Assembly (NCBI GenBank): GCA_002425325.1
Contig: DIMA01000018.1
Span: 74,259-131,252, forward strand
Source of the DNA: Bacillales bacterium UBA5578
GTDB taxonomy: Bacteria; Bacillota_I; Bacilli_A; RF39; UBA660
Reading direction: 5' to 3'
Length of the DNA: 56,994 bases
A program made the translations under genes and the position numbers. Below, in pieces: positions 50,770 through 56,994 of the stretch (its first letter is position 1; each line of letters starts with the position of its first letter). The notes below the pieces were generated by a model. That model was not told where the DNA came from and searched no databases. It saw only the letters and a program-made list of their open reading frames with translations.

Positions 50770-52152
50770 ATGAAAATAGAATTATTAAATAATCAAAATA
50801 TAGAAGATAGAATAAGGGTAATAGCAGCAGCAGGGAAGTTATCAAGAACAAAGGGTGATGTTTTTGATGTATTAGAATCATGTGATGTTTATGAAAAAAA
50901 TCTTGGTTTAGTTAAAAGAATATTAGAGATGGGACATAAAACAATTATTGAACATGATTATTATGTATTTGCACTTGCAAATGTATCACCAATAATTGAA
51001 CAAACATTAATAAGTCATAGATTTACAAGTTTTACCATTAAATCTGCTCGAATGGTAGATTTTAGAAATGTTGGATATTACACACCATCATTTAAAGATA
51101 AAAATTACAAATTAGTACCTAATCAAGATAGTTTAGTTAAAGATTATCATTCACATATGCAAACATTATTTAAAGAATACGGATATTTTGTTGATAAAGG
51201 TGTAAAAGAAGAAGATGCTAGATTTGTCTTACCATATTCATTTAATACAAATATAATAATGGGGTTAGATGCTAGAGAATTAGAATTAATGCTTAATGAA
51301 TTTTTGTATGGTAAATTAAGTAATATAGATGAAATAAAAGAGTTAGGGACTAAATTATTAGATATAGTTAAATCTGATATTTCATATTTAGAAGAATATG
51401 TAAATGGTGAACAACATACAAAAGATGACTGGTATGATAAATATCGAATTGGAAATGATATAGTTACATACGATAAAGCTAGATTAGTAGATTATACACC
51501 AAATGTAGATGAAAATATTATTATTACTACTATAATGTATCATGAACAAGTTACACGAGAAAAAGCGTATGAATTGTTAAATGATATGTTAAAAAATAAT
51601 CCAAATATAATTGATGATATTATGCAAGATATCGTTAAATCAAAACAACAAAGAGAATTAGAATCAGTTAGTTTTAAATTTGAAGTACCTATATCTTTAA
51701 TTATATTAAAACATTTTACAAGACATAGAACACAATCATTATTAGTACCTGATTTTGTTCCAATGTGGAATTTAGAAAACTATCAAACACCTCCATCTAT
51801 TAAAAGATTAGATGAAGAAAGATATAAAGAAATATTTAAATTAAATAATGAAACATATAAGAAATTTAGAGATTTAGGTGTAAGAGATGAAGATTTAATA
51901 TATTTCTATTTATGTGGTAATTTTGCTAATGTAACTACAATAATGGATGGTAGAACATTAGAATGGATTAGTAGAATGAGATGTTGTACTAAAGCACAGT
52001 GGGAGATTAGAAATTTATTAAATGATATGGTTAGTCAAGTTAGAGAAATAGCACCTTCATATGGTAAATTACTAGGAGCTACATGTGATGTATATGGATA
52101 TTGTCCTGAGGGAAAAGAAAGTTGTGGGAAAGTTAAATGCAAGGAAAAATAA
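50770..52152 (+). CDS. thyX: FAD-dependent thymidylate synthase with two tandem ThyX domains
   Basis: Domain 1: GHKTIIEH, SHRFTSFTIKSAR, EDARFVLP. Domain 2: RHRTQS, RMRCCTKAQWEIR. About twice normal ThyX length. Confidence 0.88.
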   Translation: MKIELLNNQNIEDRIRVIAAAGKLSRTKGDVFDVLESCDVYEKNLGLVKRILEMGHKTIIEHDYYVFALANVSPIIEQTLISHRFTSFTIKSARMVDFRNVGYYTPSFKDKNYKLVPNQDSLVKDYHSHMQTLFKEYGYFVDKGVKEEDARFVLPYSFNTNIIMGLDARELELMLNEFLYGKLSNIDEIKELGTKLLDIVKSDISYLEEYVNGEQHTKDDWYDKYRIGNDIVTYDKARLVDYTPNVDENIIITTIMYHEQVTREKAYELLNDMLKNNPNIIDDIMQDIVKSKQQRELESVSFKFEVPISLIILKHFTRHRTQSLLVPDFVPMWNLENYQTPPSIKRLDEERYKEIFKLNNETYKKFRDLGVRDEDLIYFYLCGNFANVTTIMDGRTLEWISRMRCCTKAQWEIRNLLNDMVSQVREIAPSYGKLLGATCDVYGYCPEGKESCGKVKCKEK

Positions 52153-52811
52153 TATTAATAGAAGGAACTGATTGTTCTGGTAAAGAAACACAAGCTAATT
52201 TATTATTAGATTATTTAAATAATAGAGGAATTAAAACAATTAAAATTGGATTTCCTAATTATAATTGTCCAACTGGTAAAATAGTAGGTGGACCATATTT
52301 AGGAAAAGAATATATATGTGAAGGATGGTTCCCTGAAAACGCTACAAATGTTAATCCAAAAGTATCAGCACTATATTATGGAGCAGATTTCTTATATAAT
52401 TTACCAGATATGAAAAAAGAATTAGAAAAAGGAACATACATAATTTTAGATAGATATTTTTATTCAACATTTGCACATCAAGGTGGTAAAGAAAAAAGTA
52501 AAAAGAAAAGACAAGAAATATATGAATGGTTTGGTAAATTATTTATAGATTTACTTGAATTACCAGATCCTGATATAAAAATATTTTTACATATGCCATT
52601 TGAGTGTGGAAAAATATTAAGAGCGCAAAGAGAAGAAAAATTAGATCAAAATGAACAAGATGATGATCATTTAAAAAATGCTGAAAAAGCATATTTAGAA
52701 ATTGCTCAATTATATAAATTTAATAAAATAGAGTGTGGAAATAAAAAAAGAATCAAAAATATTGAAGAAATACATAATGATTTAATAAAAGTTATTGAAG
52801 ATTTTCTATAA
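52137..52811 (+). CDS. tmk: Thymidylate kinase
   Basis: IEGTDCSGKETQ, ILDRYFYS, PDPDIKIFL; overlaps the thyX end. Confidence 0.92.
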   Translation: MQGKIILIEGTDCSGKETQANLLLDYLNNRGIKTIKIGFPNYNCPTGKIVGGPYLGKEYICEGWFPENATNVNPKVSALYYGADFLYNLPDMKKELEKGTYIILDRYFYSTFAHQGGKEKSKKKRQEIYEWFGKLFIDLLELPDPDIKIFLHMPFECGKILRAQREEKLDQNEQDDDHLKNAEKAYLEIAQLYKFNKIECGNKKRIKNIEEIHNDLIKVIEDFL

Positions 52812-52850
52812 TATGTTACAATATATGTGAGAAAATAGGCGGCGATAAGA

Positions 52851-53270
52851 ATGACAAAAGAACAATTTATAAGTGAGTGTTATAAAGTATTAGATAAATT
52901 TGTTAATAATTTTAAAAATGGTTGTATGGATGAAAGGGATATTTGTCTATATGGATTTTTAAAAGAAATTATAGTTGTTGAAGAGTCAACTATTTCAAGA
53001 GATATATTATTTGAACAATTAAAAGGAAATTATTTTCAAACAGATTTAGCTACATCATTATTTATTATGAAGTTATATACAAAAAAAGAAGATACTATAT
53101 TTGAATATTTTGATATTTATTTAGAACAAAATTTAGAAAATAGTGTTGATGTAGATGATATGGATAAAAATAATGCTGAAATGAGAAATTTCTTAGTAAG
53201 ATATTTTCCTAATTTAATAGAAGAGTTCGATAATAAAGCTGCTAAATATAATACAGAATATAAAGCTTAA
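52851..53270 (+). CDS. Hypothetical acidic protein
   Basis: ORF with own terminator; no motif recognised. Confidence 0.65.
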   Translation: MTKEQFISECYKVLDKFVNNFKNGCMDERDICLYGFLKEIIVVEESTISRDILFEQLKGNYFQTDLATSLFIMKLYTKKEDTIFEYFDIYLEQNLENSVDVDDMDKNNAEMRNFLVRYFPNLIEEFDNKAAKYNTEYKA

Positions 53271-53320
53271 AGAGTTTACTTTTTAAAGCTTTTTTTTTAT
53301 AATTATAATAGGTGATACTA

Positions 53321-54601
53321 GTGAAGGATTTCTTAAAAAGTTTAAATAGTAGATTATATTTTTTGAATAAAGAAGAAAAAAGTAAGATATTAGAAGAATA
53401 TAGAAATAAAATAGAAAATGATTATAAAGTGACACATAATATGAAAGAGGCAATTAATAAATTAGGGGATATGGATTCTATTGTTAATGATATATGTGAT
53501 AGATATAATTTAAGTAGATCGTTAAGTGTAAGAAATAATAAATTTGATAAAGATGTAACAGCTTGTTCAAAAATGTTAGGTAATTTTATAAGAGATATTA
53601 TGAAAATAGTTAGAAAAACAAGATTACAGCATAATTTACAATCATTTTTAGAAGCAAGTGTTAAGTTAATATATTTAGTAATAGTATTTACATTAATTAA
53701 ATTACCATTTATCCTATTTGAAAAAATATTGTATTCAATAAATAATTTCTTATTTTATCCATATGAAGATACATTTAATGTATGTTCAGATTCTATATTA
53801 TCAATTGTTTATTTTATTATTTGTATAATAATAACATTAAGAACATTTGGGGATTATAGAATTAAGAATAAAAAAATAGTTGATGAAGAAAAAGTCAATA
53901 ACATAGATAAGGAATATAATTGGTTAGATTTAATAATTAGATTGATTATATATGTAATAATACTAGTACCAATTGGTATATTAACTATATTATCTATAGC
54001 TCTAGCTTGTTTATTATTATATTTATTTACAACAGGAATTAATATTATTGGATTACCAATTATGTTATTTGGTTTAAGTGGATTATTAATTGGATTATTT
54101 ATGATAATATTAGATGCTTTAAAACAAAAAGATAGATCTTATAGTATATTAGTATTATTATCTATGTTTGTATTTATAATAGGTTTTGTTATATCTATTT
54201 CAAATTATAATAGTTTTAAAAAGACTAGTGATATATCGAAAAGTGTTGTTGAAATGACAACTGAAGAAGTAAATATTACCTTAAAAGATGAAATAAAACA
54301 TATTATTGTAGAACAAGGTAATTATGAATTATTAGAAGATGAATCTTTATCAGATAATGATATAAGAGTAAAAGTAACTTATTGTGATGATTATTATGAC
54401 GTCAAATATGATCAAGTAATATCAGATGGTTATAATTACATTTATTTTAAACCTGTATTAGATAATGATTTTAATAATGGGAAATTTATTAATAATGTTT
54501 TAACAGATTTAAGAAAAAATTATTTAATTGATTATACTGATGTTAAAGAAATAAATATTAAAATATATGCTAATAAACATACAATAAACAAAATAAAATA
54601 A
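53321..54601 (+). CDS. DUF1700/HAAS-type N-terminal domain membrane protein
   Basis: FLKSLNSRLYFLNKEEKSKILEEY..EAINKLGD; several TM helices; GTG start after RBS aggtga. Confidence 0.75.
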   Translation: MKDFLKSLNSRLYFLNKEEKSKILEEYRNKIENDYKVTHNMKEAINKLGDMDSIVNDICDRYNLSRSLSVRNNKFDKDVTACSKMLGNFIRDIMKIVRKTRLQHNLQSFLEASVKLIYLVIVFTLIKLPFILFEKILYSINNFLFYPYEDTFNVCSDSILSIVYFIICIIITLRTFGDYRIKNKKIVDEEKVNNIDKEYNWLDLIIRLIIYVIILVPIGILTILSIALACLLLYLFTTGINIIGLPIMLFGLSGLLIGLFMIILDALKQKDRSYSILVLLSMFVFIIGFVISISNYNSFKKTSDISKSVVEMTTEEVNITLKDEIKHIIVEQGNYELLEDESLSDNDIRVKVTYCDDYYDVKYDQVISDGYNYIYFKPVLDNDFNNGKFINNVLTDLRKNYLIDYTDVKEINIKIYANKHTINKIK

Positions 54602-54659
54602 AGAGATTATTCCTCTTTATTTTTTTTTATGATATACTTATATATAATAGAGGTGTAGT

Positions 54660-56075
54660 ATGAAACATAGATTATTATATTTTATATTATTTATTTGTAC
54701 ATTTTTATTTAATATAAATGTATTTGCATTAAGAGATGATAGTTTTCAAAATGGTATACTACTAGATGTAGGTCGTAGATATTATACAGTAGAAGAAATA
54801 AAAAAATATATCGATGAATTAGCTAAAGAAGATAATCCATTCTTACAATTACATTTAACAGATGATGAAAGTGTAGGAATAGAAAATACTTATTTAGATC
54901 AAACTAAAGAAAATGCTATAGTAAAAGATGGAAATATATATGTTAATCCTAAAACTAATAGAGCTTTTTTAACATATGATCAAATAACAGAAATAATGGA
55001 TTATTGTAAAAGTAAAAATGTAGAATTTATACCAGAAATAGATGTTCCAGCACATATGACAGGTTTTTTTACATTAGCTAGATTAAAATTTGGTGATGAA
55101 TTTGTAAATAAATTTGCTAAAGGTACTGGTGAAGAAGCAGGTAATATAGATATAGTAGCTCCAGAAGGAGATGCATTTATTTTTAAGATATTTGATGAAT
55201 ATTCTGCTTTTTTTAAAGATTGTAAATATATGCATATTGGATTTGATGAATATACATATCGTATAGATGAAAAAGCTGATTATATTAATAAATTATTTAA
55301 TTATTTAGATAAAAAAGGTTTTATTGTTAGAATGTGGAACGATCCATTAACAAAGAGTAATATTGAAAAAATAAGTAATAAAATAGAAGTTACTTATTGG
55401 GATTATTATGGAGCTGATTATGCTACTGTTGACGACTTAGAAGAAAAAGGATTTAAAGTAATTATGACAAATTCATATTATTTATTCTTTGTTCCATCAG
55501 TTGCTAATACAAATAAAGCTGATTTAGAATATACTGTAAATGATATTTTAAATAATTGGGATATTAATAAATGGGATAGAAATGTTGATTCAAAATTAAA
55601 TAGTGTTGACAATGTTATAGGTAACTTCGTTTGTTTATGGAGTGAAAATTCAGCTGGTGTTGAAGATGAAGTAATTAGAAATCAAGTTATCGCGATGTTT
55701 AAAGCTATGATTAGAAAAACTAAACATATTAGACCAACTAAATACAATATTAAAGATAATGAAGATATTGTTATTCAAGAAAAAGAATATTACTTGAAAG
55801 ATGATGTAGTTGAATTTACAGTTAAAGAAAAAGATGGATATGAAATAGAATCAGTTAAAATTAATAATGAAAAAGTTTCTTATACATTAGAAGATGGTAA
55901 ATATAAATTTAATATGCCTAATTCAGATGTAGAAATAATAGTAGAATATAAGAAAAATGTTGGAACTATAATTCCACCAAATACAATTGATTATATATAT
56001 ACTTATTATTTAGTATCTATAATATCTACATTATTATTAATATTTGGATATAGAAAGTTAAAATATAATAAATAG
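54660..56075 (+). CDS. Secreted GH20 beta-N-acetylhexosaminidase, dispersin B-like, with C-terminal repeat domain and membrane anchor
   Basis: Signal peptide; GILLDVGRRYY, LQLHLTDDE, FIPEIDVPAHM, HIGFDE, WND, NSYYLF, WSEN; C-terminal PPNT-TM-basic tail. Confidence 0.88.
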   Translation: MKHRLLYFILFICTFLFNINVFALRDDSFQNGILLDVGRRYYTVEEIKKYIDELAKEDNPFLQLHLTDDESVGIENTYLDQTKENAIVKDGNIYVNPKTNRAFLTYDQITEIMDYCKSKNVEFIPEIDVPAHMTGFFTLARLKFGDEFVNKFAKGTGEEAGNIDIVAPEGDAFIFKIFDEYSAFFKDCKYMHIGFDEYTYRIDEKADYINKLFNYLDKKGFIVRMWNDPLTKSNIEKISNKIEVTYWDYYGADYATVDDLEEKGFKVIMTNSYYLFFVPSVANTNKADLEYTVNDILNNWDINKWDRNVDSKLNSVDNVIGNFVCLWSENSAGVEDEVIRNQVIAMFKAMIRKTKHIRPTKYNIKDNEDIVIQEKEYYLKDDVVEFTVKEKDGYEIESVKINNEKVSYTLEDGKYKFNMPNSDVEIIVEYKKNVGTIIPPNTIDYIYTYYLVSIISTLLLIFGYRKLKYNK

Positions 56076-56082
56076 CCTTAAT

Positions 56083-56111
56083 TTGCTTAAATTTAATATA
56101 TATGTTATATT
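56083..56111 (+). promoter_or_regulatory. sigA-type promoter of a small stand-alone transcript
   Basis: TTGCTT-17 nt-TATATT with extended TG. Confidence 0.6.
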
Positions 56112-56135
56112 AATGCAGTGAGAGAGGGGATAAAC

Positions 56136-56201
56136 ATGTTAACAATTCTTTGTTTATCAATTAGATTTTTTAAATTAAGAAATCAAAAAAGTAATATATA
56201 A
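56136..56201 (+). CDS. Unlisted 21-aa peptide MLTILCLSIRFFKLRNQKSNI
   Basis: Purine-rich RBS upstream; flanked by its own promoter and terminator. Confidence 0.5.
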   Translation: MLTILCLSIRFFKLRNQKSNI

Positions 56202-56204
56202 AAT

Positions 56205-56229
56205 AAAGAACTACTAAGTAGTTCTTTTT
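56205..56229 (+). terminator. Terminator of the small transcript
   Basis: aaagaactac-taa-gtagttcttt-tt. Confidence 0.8.
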
Positions 56230-56236
56230 CAATGAA

Positions 56237-56260
56237 AAAAGAATTCTTACGAATTCTTTT
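56237..56260 (-). terminator. Terminator downstream of tRNA-Cys
   Basis: aaaagaattc-ttac-gaattctttt; A run gives a U tract on the minus strand. Confidence 0.75.
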
Positions 56261-56270
56261 AATTATTAAA

Positions 56271-56344
56271 TGGAGGGCCTAGTCGGATTTGAACCAACGA
56301 TCAGGGAGTTGCAGTCCCACGCCTTACCACTTGGCTATAGACCC
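56271..56344 (-). tRNA. tRNA-Cys (GCA) with encoded CCA
   Basis: GGGTCTATAGCCAAGTGGTAAGGCGTGGGACTGCAACTCCCTGATCGTTGGTTCAAATCCGACTAGGCCCTCCA; cloverleaf, U73 discriminator. Confidence 0.97.
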
Positions 56345-56361
56345 ATTCAAACAACAATATT

Positions 56362-56390
56362 ATTGTAATATAAATTAATTATCTTGTCAA
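56362..56390 (-). promoter_or_regulatory. sigA promoter of tRNA-Cys
   Basis: Minus strand TTGACA-17 nt-TACAAT. Confidence 0.8.
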
Positions 56391-56459
56391 TTATTTACAT
56401 AATAATATGTTAAAAAAAATTAAAATATGATATATTTATATTGTAAAATAGGTGATAGT

Positions 56460-56948
56460 ATGAAAAAGAAGAAAAAAGAAATCATCCATATAGATATTGA
56501 AGATATGGATGATGTTTATAATTGTTTTAATAAAAATGATTTAAGTGAAGAATTACAATTTTATATTGAAGACCAATGTTGTAGAACAAATAGTAATGAG
56601 GTAATATTTAGAATAACTACAAGAGAAGAATTACCTGAAGAAGAAAAAAAACGATTAGTTGATACAATTAGAAGACATTATGGTCTAGATGTGAGACATT
56701 GTGAATTACAGATAAAAAAGAATAGAATAATTAATATATTATTTTTTGTAATAGGTGTTTTATTATTATTTTTATTACATAATGTTCAAGATTTAGATTT
56801 TATACCAGAAGTTTTAGATATTGTTGTTTGTTTAGTGATATGGGAAAGTATATATAATTTAATATTTAAAGATTTTCAAATTGATTTAGAAGTTGGTTTG
56901 TCAAAAAAAATATATACTAGTAGAATTGAATTTAAAAAGAGAAGTTAA
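56460..56948 (+). CDS. Hypothetical protein with two C-terminal TM helices (start moved to 56460)
   Basis: RBS aggtga; INILFFVIGVLLLFLL and VLDIVVCLVIWESIY helices. Confidence 0.75.
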   Translation: MKKKKKEIIHIDIEDMDDVYNCFNKNDLSEELQFYIEDQCCRTNSNEVIFRITTREELPEEEKKRLVDTIRRHYGLDVRHCELQIKKNRIINILFFVIGVLLLFLLHNVQDLDFIPEVLDIVVCLVIWESIYNLIFKDFQIDLEVGLSKKIYTSRIEFKKRS

Positions 56949-56994
56949 TTGATATGAACCCCGTTTCTTAAGCAACAGTCCATACGGGTTCATT

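Noticed and set aside
1-56994. UGA-to-Trp recoding (Mollicute code 4)
   Set aside because: Long conserved genes use TGG for Trp with no in-frame TGA; TGA is just a rare stop (329, 50137).
1-56994. CRISPR array, prophage, transposase or rRNA
   Set aside because: No spaced direct repeats, phage or integrase/transposase genes, or rRNA-like sequence seen.

Overview
AT-rich (roughly one quarter G+C by eye) chromosomal segment of a genome-reduced Bacillota/Bacilli bacterium using the standard bacterial code. The gene set (PolC plus short DnaE, T-box ileS, teichoic-acid polymerase, acetate kinase, a few sporulation genes) fits an uncultured gut Bacilli lineage such as RF39; this taxonomy is an inference. 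Most of the window is housekeeping: miaA, rimP-nusA-ylxR-infB-rbfA, rpsT, der, dusB, lysS, ackA, polC, rpmB, dnaE, sepF-divIVA-ileS, recD2, lspA-rluD, lepA-hemW, thyX-tmk and tRNA-Cys. Interspersed are surface or accessory genes (TarL-like polymerase, acyltransferase-3, a GT61 gene broken by one in-frame stop, an InlB-repeat/Ig protein, a dispersin-B-like GH20, a Fic protein) and sporulation genes (gpr, spoVIF, intact sigK). No CRISPR array, prophage, transposase or rRNA was seen. Best leads: (1) a type 2 IleRS with the swapped GLHH motif linked to mupirocin hyper-resistance, behind an Ile T-box that lacks the canonical terminator and whose Stem I overlaps divIVA coding sequence; (2) a tandem ThyX with complementary motif loss, under a consensus promoter whose spacer is a palindrome; (3) a C-terminally anchored dispersin-B homologue; (4) a sigK-consensus promoter on spoVIF in the same window as sigK; (5) two unannotated small-protein genes; (6) terminators that routinely overlap the stop codon. 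All family calls are by eye from motifs and recalled homologues; no database search was run.
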